64,000 nt of DNA. It comes from Microthyrium microscopicum (Eukaryota). The notes beneath the pieces are model-generated. The model ran no database searches. It was not told where the DNA came from and saw nothing but the letters and a program-made list of their open reading frames with translations. Both the position numbers and the translations under genes were made by a program. Numbering within the stretch: the first letter of the stretch is position 1; each line of letters begins with the position of its first letter. Below, in pieces: positions 36,338 to 48,684 of this stretch. The stretch covers positions 2,514,627 to 2,578,626 of the forward strand of contig MU004230.1 in the NCBI GenBank assembly GCA_010405405.1, in the 5' to 3' direction.

Positions 36338-38371
36338 CTAAACCCACTCCTTCCCGCCAGACATCCCAGTTTTGTCATCAGGCTTGATATCATACACCAC
36401 CTTGGTTGGATCCACCGCAACCGGAGTCGTAATTGTCCTCTTCAACTGCTTTCCTCGTTTCTCCCGCTTCCGCTGCTCCGCTTTGTGCGTTATCTTATTT
36501 AGGAGACCTCCTACTGCACCAACACCTAATCCACCACCTATACCACTGACAACGCCTTTGCTCTCACTTTTGGCGTCACCTTCACCATCAGAGACGGACC
36601 AATCACTACATTCTTCAAGGATGGCGCTATCCCTATCTTTGTTGCCCTCGTGGGATCCACTATGTCGTGCTGCACCAGGCAAAGGCGTTAGTGATGAACG
36701 CACAGTGCTCAGTGCACTAGCGATATTCCGCGTTGAGATCCGCCGGTGCCAGGGGCGTTTGACCGGCTCGATGATAGTTGGGTGGGTGATCGGTGAGGAT
36801 GGCGGGGGAGCTGGAACATGTGTGGCATTGGTTGAGTCTGATAACGGACTTTCTGGGGACGAGATGGGTGAGGCTGGGAGGGTGTAGTTGGATGTTTGGC
36901 TGGTTGGACTTGTGCTCATGAGGGTGGGATCGACATAGTCGCCGTAGGTAGAATTCTTGTGTATGAAGTCTTTGTGGGGAGATATGGGCGAGCTATCCAG
37001 GGAGATGGGAGAGCTGATTTTGAGGGTGCCGTTGTGTAGTTGTGTGCTTAGACTGAGTGATTTGCGCTTCTTGTCCGAGAAGATCATTGATGTGCGCTTC
37101 GTGGGGACGGGGCGTGGTGTCAGAGGTCTTGATGGCTCAGAATGTGTACTTGATTGTGATTTTTTGGCACCGTGGAAGCGTTTCTTCGTCTTTTCCCAGA
37201 AGAGTGGGTGAGGGACCATTTTGATGTCTTGGACGTCGTGGTCGTCGTCCTCGAAGCAGCTCATCGATGGCTCGGTTACTAGATTCTGGTAGTCGTTGAC
37301 GAGTTGCTGGAGAGTGTCGACAGGGAGGACTACTTGTGACTGAATATCAGGCTCTTGGTTGTCTTCCCAGTCGCCGACTTCGATGATACTTTCAGAATCT
37401 GATTGATCTGATGATTCTGCTGAGTAGATGCTGGATGGGCCTGAGAAGTAGCCTAGTTGTGGGGCGAGTTGTTTCTTCAACTTTGCGCTTATGAAGGAGG
37501 TGGTGTTATCATCATCATCGTGGGTAATGAGCACGGTTGGAATTTCTGGCGGCGGGACTCGTGTTTGGGCCGCAGGAGATGTGCATCTAGGCTCTTCTAC
37601 TGGTGGTGTGAGTGGCATGGATGATGGAAAGATGTGTGATTTCATAGTAGCCACCAGTGGAGATGCTGGAGGAGTTGGTAGCCCAAGGTTCTTCGCAAGG
37701 GGGCTATTCTTCAAAGTGGGATTCTCTCGTGGTAGACTTGACATGGAATTTGGTCTTGAGTTGGCCGGAGTATTGATAGGCGTTGGGTCTGGCATGATCA
37801 ATTGTATCACATCGTGATCTGCTCGGTAGGGCGGTAACTTGGCCGACTCGTCTAAAAGTGGTGTCAAAGGGCTTTCCACTACAACTTCTTCCGCCCGTTC
37901 AGATGAGATAGGCTCGCTGTACGATCTTCTCTTCATATAGAGCCACTCTTCTGGTGGATTCCAAGTTGATGTTCTCACAGGCTGGAAGCTCGATTGCGCA
38001 CTATGAGTTGCATGAACACTGAAGTTTCGGTGGCGATCAGGCTGTCCTTGGGTGTTTTTAATAGTCAGATCTTCTTGTTCAGTCTCTTCAGTTGCGAGTT
38101 TACCCATGCCAAATAGTGCGGCTGAAGGATTCGATCTTGGAACAACTGGTTGATGGAAGACTGGCATCTCCGCCCAGGATTCTTCGGTGGAAGGTTCCGT
38201 GAGTTCTGGAATGACATTGTTTTCCTTTGGCAGCTTAACAACCCTCTTCTCCAGTTGTGATATGAGTGAAGAGACGGAAACGGAGATGACACTTCTTCGA
38301 GAACAATGGTTCTTTGTGTCGGGCACCATGGTGGCATTCCTCATGCTGAGAGACCAAGAGGACAAAGACAT
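36338..38371 (-). CDS. Hypothetical Ser/Pro-rich disordered protein
   Basis: ~680-aa ORF with basic C-terminal AEQRKREKRGKQLKRTI. First ATG taken at 38371. Confidence 0.7.
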   Translation of the reverse strand: MSLSSWSLSMRNATMVPDTKNHCSRRSVISVSVSSLISQLEKRVVKLPKENNVIPELTEPSTEESWAEMPVFHQPVVPRSNPSAALFGMGKLATEETEQEDLTIKNTQGQPDRHRNFSVHATHSAQSSFQPVRTSTWNPPEEWLYMKRRSYSEPISSERAEEVVVESPLTPLLDESAKLPPYRADHDVIQLIMPDPTPINTPANSRPNSMSSLPRENPTLKNSPLAKNLGLPTPPASPLVATMKSHIFPSSMPLTPPVEEPRCTSPAAQTRVPPPEIPTVLITHDDDDNTTSFISAKLKKQLAPQLGYFSGPSSIYSAESSDQSDSESIIEVGDWEDNQEPDIQSQVVLPVDTLQQLVNDYQNLVTEPSMSCFEDDDHDVQDIKMVPHPLFWEKTKKRFHGAKKSQSSTHSEPSRPLTPRPVPTKRTSMIFSDKKRKSLSLSTQLHNGTLKISSPISLDSSPISPHKDFIHKNSTYGDYVDPTLMSTSPTSQTSNYTLPASPISSPESPLSDSTNATHVPAPPPSSPITHPTIIEPVKRPWHRRISTRNIASALSTVRSSLTPLPGAARHSGSHEGNKDRDSAILEECSDWSVSDGEGDAKSESKGVVSGIGGGLGVGAVGGLLNKITHKAEQRKREKRGKQLKRTITTPVAVDPTKVVYDIKPDDKTGMSGGKEWV

Positions 38372-39067
38372 GGTGAGTTGACAGGCTGAATTCGTCAAAG
38401 AATAACGAGACTAGAAATATCTGGAGTCTATGAATATTCTCATACCCCTTCAAGACAGGTTGATGTAAGTTGTCGGTGAAGATTGAGATGCAGTCTGCCG
38501 TTCCGTTGTGAATGATGTGGCAGCCACGAGGAAGACAAACAAGTACGGCTTCAAGCAGATAGCCACGAGGCTATCACAAGACGAAGAATGGGCAGCTCTT
38601 CAACCCGTTCTTTCCCCATGGATCTTTAAGTATCTTATGTCTTGCAACCACCAACCTCGTGGCAGTTGCAACCCTGCAAAGCGCCGCATCGGACGTAATC
38701 GCTGAGCCTACATATCGTGCATTTGCTGTGGTTGGTTGTGTTGTATTTCCTGATCAATTATAGGTAGACCATTATTCTTAAATCTGTTTTCCTTGCGTCA
38801 AAGAAGCTTCGCTGGCGCTTCCATGCGTCTGCCAAAGTTGGGTCCGTGAGGCAACGAATCAGAAGTGCATTTTGTTTAATGGACTCACCAGATCATGCAT
38901 GAAGATGTATGCACCAAGCCAGAAATCGGGGTATCTGTGTGAGGCTGCAATCAAGATCTTGATCAAATGTTGTTGCAACAAACAACTTGAAGTTGGCTCT
39001 TGAATTAGTATCCAACTATCTCCTAACATGATACCTCAAGTTGGTGAATCATCTCCAACCAACATGA

Positions 39068-39628
39068 TCAAGTAGATGGCCTAACAGTATCATGAACCGT
39101 CCCCAAATCTTCCCCTACTTTCTCGCCCTTAAATTCAACCGGCTCACACGTCTGCAGCACAAAAACCATTCTCGCCCACTCAGTAGGACTTGGATTTCGC
39201 CAAGCATGCATCGTGCCTCTTTGGACACACACATCTCCTCTTTTCATCAAGCGTGCTTCCCCGCTGTCCAGTACAGCCTCAATCTGACCTTCCAGCAGAA
39301 TTCCATAGTCCAAAGAAACTGTTCGGTGCATGGCGCTAGTGACCCCAGGTTCAAAATCCACATGGCGGAGGACAGTGCCGTTGGACACACTGAGGCCGGG
39401 TGGGTCGCTGAGATATTTTTTGTACGCTGTGACATCCTTGTCGCCGGCCATATCGACTGGGAAGGTGGAGGTTGTGTAGGAGAGGGCGAAACCCATTACT
39501 GGGGAGGTGTTTGCTAGGCCTTTCATGGTAGATTCTTCGGGGAGGGCATCTGAGAATACTGCTTTGCCGTTGGAATCGTGGGTGGTGATGAAGCGGTTTA
39601 CTTGGGGGAGTTTGCCTTCGTGTGCCAT
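39068..39628 (-). CDS. Cupin-domain protein
   Basis: RFITTHDSNGKAV, MHRTVSLDYGILLEG, GDVCVQRGTMHAWRN. Confidence 0.88.
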   Translation of the reverse strand: MAHEGKLPQVNRFITTHDSNGKAVFSDALPEESTMKGLANTSPVMGFALSYTTSTFPVDMAGDKDVTAYKKYLSDPPGLSVSNGTVLRHVDFEPGVTSAMHRTVSLDYGILLEGQIEAVLDSGEARLMKRGDVCVQRGTMHAWRNPSPTEWARMVFVLQTCEPVEFKGEKVGEDLGTVHDTVRPST

Positions 39629-40333
39629 TTTGATGTATGTCGCACAGCTATTGAGCTAATGTTTGAGATGTTGATGGGAGTGAATGGTAGAAATGTTGTG
39701 AAGAACAAAGTTAAAGTAACTTAACGTGGAGGAAATCAATTGAAGCTTGTCTTGTATCCGGGATCAACAGTACATACATCTTAGACTTCGGATATGGGTG
39801 AGGGGTATCCGTTCCGTAAAAGTATCGGACATTAACTCCTAGGAGGAAGACTAACCAAGAAATCATGGGTAGTACTATACACTCCCCCAAACTGCAACCG
39901 TGACTCGACATATGCATATGCTTGCATGATCGCTTCTGTTGTTACTGACTGACTGCTGTGAGAGGAGTCGCAGAGACAAGCCTGCGACTTCAAGAGCAGA
40001 GCCTCTTTTGTAAACATCTGACACATTAGCTACACATAAGTATAGTTGCTAATCGCATGATAGACAGATGATCTCTTGGTCTCAATTAAGTTTTATTCTG
40101 TAATAATGACCAATAGTTCAGATATCCTCCAGACTTCGCCCAGATCGCGTACAATCTTAAAGTACATAGTAGGAACAGGGATATCATATGGGGCAAAGAT
40201 ACAACAGCTTGAGAAATAATGAACAGCCGCTAGAAGTACAGGAATAAGAATAGAGGTTTAATGCTGCCACACAAAGCACCTTTTGAGGAAAATATTTCGC
40301 TTTATATAGCGTGCAGTCATCACGAAGTACAGA

Positions 40334-43102
40334 TTAATGCACTCCATAACGATCCAGCTCCTGCCATCCTCCAAGGCTACCCCAAGCCGCCATGACATCC
40401 TCTGCGACACTGCAGCGAACATCAGCAGCACCGCAACAGCCAGGATAGTGGACATGGTTGTGCTCTGCATGTGCTGAGGGATGCAGTCTACCGGATTGCT
40501 CGTAGTCAAGACGTTTGGGCGCAAAGATCGGTCTGGAGGTGTACGACCCGTTGGCTACATTATGTTCGTGGAGTGAAGTCATCGTGGGTGCTGCAACGTC
40601 ACCATCGTTTGATTCGTGATGTGTGTACAGGCTACTGTCGCTATTGTGTTGGCGGTGATGTACTCCATGTCGCGACGAGAAAGACTTTGGCGTTTCTTGA
40701 TTGACATCTTTGATCAGCTCAGGAATGCTGGTGTTTGAATTGGAGCGCGAGTTTGCGTTGATTTTAAAGTTCATGTTATCAGGTACGGGAGTAGCCTGAG
40801 GAGTTACTGGGCTTGGTAGCCCGGACATTCCACTCTTTTCCGATGGTGAAGTGCTTAGTCCAGTGTTGACCATGGCTGGAGATGTTGAGATTGCGCTGAG
40901 ACGAATAAACATGGGCTCGGCTGGAATGGCCTGCGAGTACTGGATAGTGGAGTCTCGGTATGAGGTCATTCCAAAGGTTGTGGATTGGGCCGTCGACGCT
41001 GATCGTAGTCGGCCGTTTGGTAGATCGGGTGAGGATTCCAATAGAGATTCGGATCCGCGCCTCTGTTCGCCATAGGGAGATCGAACTGGGCCGGGGTAGT
41101 TTACCATATCGTGTCCAGTAAGTTGGCGCGGCTCGTAGTTTGAAAATCCCGAAGACCTGCTTCGTAGACTTTCACGATTGGACCCGGACATCTCACGGGG
41201 CACGGTAGTGAAGATCGAGCTTCCGGGACTGGCCAGCAGAGCAGTTTTATAACCTTCTGCGAAGCTGTGGGATGCCATGGCGGCGCGCTTCAAGCGCATC
41301 ATCTCCAGCAAAGCTTCCTCCTCTTCGGTGACTTCCATGAATCTTTGTCTTGGATCTGACTTTGGATATATCGCAGCTTGAACATTTGTTGCCTTTGCGA
41401 CTGCCATTTCCGGCCGCCCCGTTGGGTATGCTTCGGTTGCAACATTGTCAAGGATCAAGGATTCATAAGCTGGGTACGTCGGATCCATTCGATTTGCAGG
41501 AGAGGTTGGGAAGGAATCGATCATCGACATGCTGTTAACAGAGTCTAGTTGCTCATCCACGAAAGCTAGCGATATCTGACTTTGGCTTGTCTTTGGTGTA
41601 CGGTGAACTTGTACTGTTTCCACGGTGTCTATGGTGGTCTGGGTTGGTACATGGAAAGCTTGAGCCTCTCCGATGGTCACTACCTCAAAGTCATCATCCT
41701 CAAAATCTGATAGAGCCAAACTGTCTCGAATGTCCGGCAAGTTGGGATTATCTTCTAGCTCCGGCTCGTCAAGAATGACTTCTTGCTTTGGTTGTGCACT
41801 CTTGGGAGTTTGGGACTTTAGTTCGATTAGCTTTGGAAGTTGAGGGCTAGCGACACTTGTGCGCTTGGCTGGTACATCATAGACTGATGCACGGAACGAT
41901 TTGGCGTAGTGGCCCTGCCAGGAAGTTCTGTTTTGGCGCGTATCCTGTGGTGTCGAATTTGTAGCTGGAGGCTGTGGATAAGGAGAGCTGAGTTCAACTA
42001 GCCTGACTGTAGATGCAATGGGCGTTTTGGGGGCAAACTCTTGCTTCTGGACAAAGCTTTGCTGCTTGTGCATAAAGCTTTCTGGCAGATCTGGAACCTC
42101 CGGCTCAAATCCAACGTCCATACTATCTTCAGCTTCTAGCAACCCATCGAACCAATTCTTACTCTTTCGAGATTTATGCTGGCGACGGGGTTGTTCAACA
42201 GCACCAGCAGTCTTAGGACGAACAAGAACGTCAGCAGTCAGGGGAGTAGATACATTGGGTTTCTTCGCAAGGCGCTTCTGAGATCTGCTGCTGTAGACAG
42301 ATGGGCTTTGCATTGGGGAGACTTGAGGCCGAACATCCGATGGAAACCTGTGGTTTCCAAATGAGCTGACTGTAGCAGGAGGCGACGTGACTTGCTTGCT
42401 AGCAGTGTATAGCGACGAGGGTGCCGTTGGCCTAGGAAACAACTTCGACAAGTCCAGTTTTGTTGGGCGCTTTTTGGTTTGATTGTCCTTCGCACTAGAG
42501 TGAGAGCTAACTGGACCAGGACCAGCGGATAGTGAAGTGTCTTCAACTACTGGGAAAAGGCTATGGTTGGCATTTGAGGTGGGCTTATATACATTGACTT
42601 GTCGCATGGCCGAGAAAGAAGGGCGATCTAGCATACTGGGTTGGACTGGCGACGGACTGTAATGATTGAAGGTATTCATACTCGGAACGGCGCTACTACT
42701 TTGAGAGCGAGGGTGCCCACGCTTTTCTTCCACAATCCTACGAGAACTGGGCATTTGCTTCGCACTGAGGGACCGAGGAGGAGGTTTGAAAAGGTCATCT
42801 TGGGAGAGAGATAATGCAGCAAACTTGGGAACTTCTGGAATATCGTAATCAAGTTCAGATGAATCCGCAATTGTTGACTCATATAAAGATAGACTGATAG
42901 AGCTTGCCGGTTTTCGAAGCTCCTGTCTAGGTTGATGGGCATGGTGTTGTTGATGATAGTTGGAAGGGAGGTTCGATGTTCCCAGCAAGCGCTCTACCTT
43001 GCTCAACTTGGGTTCATCTATAGGGGATTGGCCATCCAGGACCTGATCGGATCGTGCCTTGCGTCCGGGTAAAGGAAAGGAAAACTTTGAAGTTCTGCCC
43101 AT
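40334..43102 (-). CDS. Fungal hypothetical protein (922 aa, mostly disordered)
   Basis: Long intronless ORF with short ordered-looking blocks: SKFSFPLPGR, LDLSKLFPRP, KNWFDGL, MEVTEEEEALLEMMRLKRAAM, RCSVAEDVMAAWGSLGG. Confidence 0.8.
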   Translation of the reverse strand: MGRTSKFSFPLPGRKARSDQVLDGQSPIDEPKLSKVERLLGTSNLPSNYHQQHHAHQPRQELRKPASSISLSLYESTIADSSELDYDIPEVPKFAALSLSQDDLFKPPPRSLSAKQMPSSRRIVEEKRGHPRSQSSSAVPSMNTFNHYSPSPVQPSMLDRPSFSAMRQVNVYKPTSNANHSLFPVVEDTSLSAGPGPVSSHSSAKDNQTKKRPTKLDLSKLFPRPTAPSSLYTASKQVTSPPATVSSFGNHRFPSDVRPQVSPMQSPSVYSSRSQKRLAKKPNVSTPLTADVLVRPKTAGAVEQPRRQHKSRKSKNWFDGLLEAEDSMDVGFEPEVPDLPESFMHKQQSFVQKQEFAPKTPIASTVRLVELSSPYPQPPATNSTPQDTRQNRTSWQGHYAKSFRASVYDVPAKRTSVASPQLPKLIELKSQTPKSAQPKQEVILDEPELEDNPNLPDIRDSLALSDFEDDDFEVVTIGEAQAFHVPTQTTIDTVETVQVHRTPKTSQSQISLAFVDEQLDSVNSMSMIDSFPTSPANRMDPTYPAYESLILDNVATEAYPTGRPEMAVAKATNVQAAIYPKSDPRQRFMEVTEEEEALLEMMRLKRAAMASHSFAEGYKTALLASPGSSIFTTVPREMSGSNRESLRSRSSGFSNYEPRQLTGHDMVNYPGPVRSPYGEQRRGSESLLESSPDLPNGRLRSASTAQSTTFGMTSYRDSTIQYSQAIPAEPMFIRLSAISTSPAMVNTGLSTSPSEKSGMSGLPSPVTPQATPVPDNMNFKINANSRSNSNTSIPELIKDVNQETPKSFSSRHGVHHRQHNSDSSLYTHHESNDGDVAAPTMTSLHEHNVANGSYTSRPIFAPKRLDYEQSGRLHPSAHAEHNHVHYPGCCGAADVRCSVAEDVMAAWGSLGGWQELDRYGVH

Positions 43103-46100
43103 ATTGACCTAACATCAAATGGTATGCAAGGCTAGACCGGCTAACTGATAACAAAGTAGGATAAGTAAAGAGACAAAAAAATGCAGGTCAGTGAAGAAAG
43201 AAAGTAACGGGCATTGAAGCCTTGAAGAAAGGCGCTCGTTGCAGAAGCAAAGCAACAGCAGGTGTGGTTGTAGAGAGAAACGCGGAATGAAGGGGAAAGG
43301 AGGCAGATCTCTCGTGGACTGCTGATGCCATGATGTGATATCACAACCGCAACGGTCGAGAGATTGAAGCCCATCAGCCATGCACATGAAAAAAGCGCTG
43401 GCGGTAGCCTTGCTCGGTCACAACGTCAATACACAACAGGAAAAGTGGCTGCGCTAAATGGAGAAAGGTGCGAGTTTTGCAGAGGATGTGGCAGGGGGTT
43501 CAAGGGTTGTCCGTCTCTGGTGAAGTGATTGGATCCGCATCTCAAGGCTTGGTGGAGAGAGTCTCGAGGAGGCTAGGCTTTGCCCGCATGAGCCCGGCGC
43601 TGGTCTGAGGAGCTATCCAGGAACAGCTTTCAATTTCAGGATAGGACCAGTGGGAAAAGCATTGTTGCGTGCAGTTCGCCAATGCGTCTTCGTGGATAAG
43701 CTTGTGAGCTGGCTGCTGGGCTTTGAAGTTTGCGCGCACTTGGCTCTGGCCTGAGGCTAGATCATGGAAGCTGCCACTCCCGAACTGTCCAAGTTCTCGT
43801 TAATCATGGCTTGTTCTGAAGCATAGTGGCGGTTCTCTGGAGGACAAGCAAGAGACAGTTCTCAGGAGAAGTTGTACATAATTCCCCTTCGAGCGCGTCT
43901 TGTCGCGGCCACCATGTCTACTCTTTGTCAACAAGATGAAACTCTTTATGAGGTCGTAATCAGCAAATCCCAAGAATGCGGGTACAATACTACAAAGTGT
44001 AAATCTGGAAGTGTGATTTAGCTTTCAAGTGGGTTGGAATTTGGAAACACCGGCGTTGGCGAAAGCGGCGGCATCGATGTTGATCGATTACCGATATAAG
44101 TTGTAGCAAATGATTGGATATGTACGACGCAGAGTAGGAGCTTAAAAATCGCTTACGGTAGATTCTTGTTGGTCGTTACCTCAACTACAGGTACGCTTTG
44201 CTTGAGATTGGCTACGAATTCCATTGAATGGTAATTCTCCAGCCACAATCATTAATACCTGATTGATATAGCTTTAGCGTTTGTGATGAAATATCTACTA
44301 TTGTCAATATCCAATCCCACGTCGTAGACTATTTAGATCCTCTCAGCCAAGACAGACTATCCTCATAACTGTGCCGTCGGCCAGATGTTGGTGTGCAGAC
44401 TCGCAGAGTTATTCTACCTATGACCTTTCTCCCTCATTGCCAAGGCCAACAGTCGCTTGACAGGCAAATCAGAACTCTGGTCAAGAGCAAGGACCCTGTC
44501 ACCAGTGTCACCAACTATTGATCCCACGAAGATCAGGATCCAGGAACACTCCCAACGTGTTGGAGCTCGGGTTATTTCTGAGACAAGGGTACTGGAAGCA
44601 TGCAGTCAATTTCTCAGGGGAAAATGGTGATGGAGATGCAGGTCTCGGAGCTGCAGCGTGGGCACTCTTCATTGGTAGAGGCCCAACGGTCTTCGGGACG
44701 ACATCTCGTCTTGGATCATGATGAGGCAGGAGTTATCGAGCTGTCAGCCGGAGACATTTTTCTGATTTCCGAAGCTGGGGTTCGCTAGAAAATATGCATG
44801 CTTCCGAGGTCTTATGCAGGACAGCTGCAGCCTTTTTTTCACCGATCTCTATTCTCTCCAGACTCTCTCCTTGGACTGGCTTGGGCATCTTGGGACAAAA
44901 TGCGCCTTCAAGGAGATGCGCTGGGTAGGTACAGCGAAGCTCGGGTCGGTGCTTGTTCAGTTGCGAACGAAGAAATGTCTCGGTTCGAGGATGTTGTTTC
45001 TTCTCAACCCTGGCGCGGAGGGCCTTACAAAGTACACTCCAAAGACTCAACATATCAAGTCTTGTCCAGCCAATTACGATCATTGTATGTGCCTGTCGGT
45101 GAAGGTTATCTGAACTTCTTTTTCTGCTGTTCCGACAGATCTACCAAATTTGTTTTCATCTTGCTGGTCTTTTTAGTATCAAGCGCGTTGACATATGGAC
45201 CATGAACGAGTTTGGACATTCCGTGATTTGAGAAAACGGTGTTTCGCCACTCTCAAGGTTTACAAAAAAGGAACATTTTCCCCATGAATCTCAAAAACAA
45301 AAACAAACAAAACCTCCGATGTGGACCCAGCTTACCCAGCTAATTCTACTTCCCAGGTATTTCCCTATAAAGCAAATAATCATTTATCATTCACGCGTTT
45401 GGTGATACATGACTCCCGAAAACCCAACATTGTCTGCTTCGCCTCATCGTGCAACCATAGTCAGTGGATCTCAAAATCAGCTATAATTACTGCATGGTAG
45501 GACCACCCGAATGATGATTTCTCGCGGAACGGTAGACGATCCTGTGCTGGGATATATCCCAAGCCTGTCAATCTACCGTGGTGGTACAACAGAGGACTTG
45601 TGTGAGGCAGCCACGCGAAGTGTTGATCGGGGGCTTTGATGATACATATGACTCGGGCGAACAGACTGTTTGGCGTGTTTCTATCCGTTCCGCAATACGC
45701 GTTGCGGCGTTGTTGGTAAACTCTGAAAGAAAAATTGAATATTATCTGGACACGGCGTAAGTACACTGATCTTCGTGAGGAGGTAGGTGTATAATAGCAT
45801 ATTGATTGATTTCTAAAGATATGGTTCATCATTTTGGTTACTATACGATCTCTCAAATGAGGAGGCGTAGCTACAGGTCCTGTATGCGGTAATTATACCT
45901 GAGTGGGTAAAACTGCTGCTTCGGATCAGTCATCACGAACGTTTTCGAATCGCTCTGAATTTATACGTATGCCATCACTAAATCTGCCATATGGAAATTG
46001 AGGCCGTTGATCAAGGCTGATGTGGAGAACTAGAAGGGTCAGAGCGTGGAGCTAGAACACGGAGAAAAGGATCGAAGCAAGTGTACCAGAGATCGTGGAT

Positions 46101-46151
46101 CCACATGGGGCGAGTCCTGGGGCTCTATTACTTCTGGTTCCGCCCTTAATC

Positions 46152-48684
46152 CTACGCGTGCTGGCTAATATCGTAGATGTTGCTGGTTGTTCCCGAGCGC
46201 AGCCGTTTGTATCGAAGAGGCATGTCACTGGGAGCAGAAGCTCGCTGTCGCTTTCTAAGCGTTCCATTCGTGCCGCTTGCCGTCGTCTTGGTGGGTGTCA
46301 TTGGGGCTTCGACCTGCGATGGAGTCGGAGTGTCCAGGAGCATTGATTCGGCACCAGAACCTGTGTTGGCTTTGGCAGGGCGTGATGGGCGTTCTGGTAC
46401 AACTGCTTCGATTGTAGCTGATATCGGGGTTGATGGCTTGGGTGACATGGGGGCAACAATTTCTAGCTGAGGACCCTGATACTTGTTAACAAATGAGTAA
46501 AGTTGTTGGACTCTAAACGACTAACCATGGTTGCTTCTGTGATGGGTAATCTCATCACGGTATTGAAGGTGCTCTGGAATTGCGAGTTCTTGCGCTCTGG
46601 GATATACGTCTTGTTCGAGGCACGATGTCCGATCGTTGCGGTTGAGGATCTCACTTTGATGGTACCACTCTCCAACAGCTGCTCAAGAGCTGTATTTGCA
46701 AATTGAGCAGAGAAGCCTGTAACATAAACTTTAGCATCAGCCAACAACAACACCATGAAGTGACCTTACCAGGCAAGTTCTCAATTTGCTCTTCCGTTAT
46801 ACCGTGAGTTTCTCGAAGCACGTATAGCACCTGGCGACGAAGTGCAAGCATTCGGAGCTTTTCTGTATCAAGAAGAAGTCCACGGCGTTGCATACACTTT
46901 ACACATGAGAAAGAGTCTTGAAGCGCAGGATCAGAATCGCTGAGAATGCCATAGCAAATGAAATGCTGCCATCTTCCACACGTATCACACATAACCTGTG
47001 GTTCTTGATTAGTACAGTCTGATGTGCCGTGAAGTGACTTATACCATCTTGCCCTCCTCTTCATTGTGGTTGCAGATGCACGACACGATCTCACCATTGG
47101 GCTTTTGGTCATGTTGCTCAATGGGCTCCTCGAGCAGCACTGCCGCAGTTGAATGCTTCGACGGCTCTACAGGCTTGCCCTTCGTGTTCATCGAATTGTC
47201 CATAGGCTGTGTTTCAATTTCGATCGACAGAGTCTCGGTGTTGAGTTGACTTTGAGACAGGTTGTCTATCTATGATTGTTTAGCATGATTGAGAGCATCG
47301 TTGTAGAAGAGACATATTGCTTACCAAAGCCCGAAGTTTCAGCTCGTTCATCGCATCTTCGAACAAATGAGGAGATTCATTTGACTCCTGCGTCGGAAGT
47401 GTCTCGTGTCCGTGAAGACCACTTTCTTCTGCGATGCTCTTTGGAAACTCTGGCGTAGATTGAAGTGACTGGATGTCCTTCTGAGCTTCATTCTTCGCGT
47501 CATCAGAGGCGGCTCCATCACTGAGATCCCCTGTAACCATGTAGTTGGGTACTTCAACAAATGTCAGATTGCGCGGTATGATGTTGGATTCGCCATCTGT
47601 ATGCAAGATACTGCCACTTAGCGTGAGCCTGTTTGGGTCAGTGACGTGAGAAGAAGACATAACTTTAAACGAAAGGCATACTTGTAGTGGTTGGTGTCAA
47701 CTTCTCCAAACTCCATGACCTCCTTTTTCCAAGCGTCCGTGTCCTCAGGTTCAAGGATCGTATTCGCGGCTGGGATGAAGTTCTCAGCTTGATATCCAGA
47801 AGGAGAACCTTCAGTGTAATGAGCTTGCATGAGAAGATATCGCTCGGCTGAATTCAAGGCACTTTGTTAGTGGGCCAAGGCATTCAAAGCATCATGGTGC
47901 ATATCAAATACCTGGTAGACGGGGTAAGACCCTATCAAGCTCGATGATGCGCATGAGAATCGCTTTCATGTTGGATTTTATCGATCCATGTCTGACGGAC
48001 TTGCCAGCACCAGACTGCAAGCTGAGACCTTGGAACTGGCCACTGGCGGTGTACTCAAATTTGTACATGTACTTTTCCAGGACTTCCAGAGGAGTAACGC
48101 GGTTGGCAGACACAATCACTTCCAAAGCATGAAGGTAGCCACGCTTCAGTGCGTCGAAGATGCCTTTCTCCTGTCAATGGGTCAGCCTCAAAGGACAGCC
48201 ATACCTTGGTGAACCAGAAGTTGACTTACAAGATCGGCGAGGAACCCATCTACGCAAGGGTTCAGTTTTCGCTTCATGATACGAAGGTTATTGTAACGTT
48301 GGCCAGTGGTAGGCTCATTCAGCTTGACAAAGTTGTCATAGGATATGAGTTGGTTCAAGTCATGGTGAACTTCTCCAAAGCACTCCTCTGGCCACATTTC
48401 CCTTTGAAAATGTTATTATCAATTTAGGCTTTTTGTAGGCATGATGAATTACCTCAGATATGCCAATGAGCTGATCTAATAAGAAGGAACGCGATCAGCT
48501 ACGTCCAGTGACGGGGCTCTAGATCACTCACTGAGGTATGAAGCAATATTTTCATGATTTCTAGGCTTTGTTTCTGGGTCAATACTGTCGACTGGACTTG
48601 CTCCTGCTTCTGCTGCGTCTTCATGGGAAGTTGCATGGCCTTTTGGGGAGCAGGTCTGAACTGCTGTTGCTGTCTTGTCGGCAT
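46152..48684 (-). CDS. HOP1: Meiotic chromosome axis HORMA-domain protein with PHD finger
   Basis: Ten exons by hand splicing: TQKQSLEIMK, ISSLAYLREMWPEECF, EKGIFDALKRGYL, LEKYMYKFEY, LPRLPAERYL (HORMA); CICNHNEEEGKMVMCDTCGRWQHFICYG..CVKC (PHD); basic C-terminal tail. Confidence 0.88.

Noticed and set aside
44733..45205. Overlapping 99-135 aa ORFs
   Set aside because: No consistent frame, splice model or motif.
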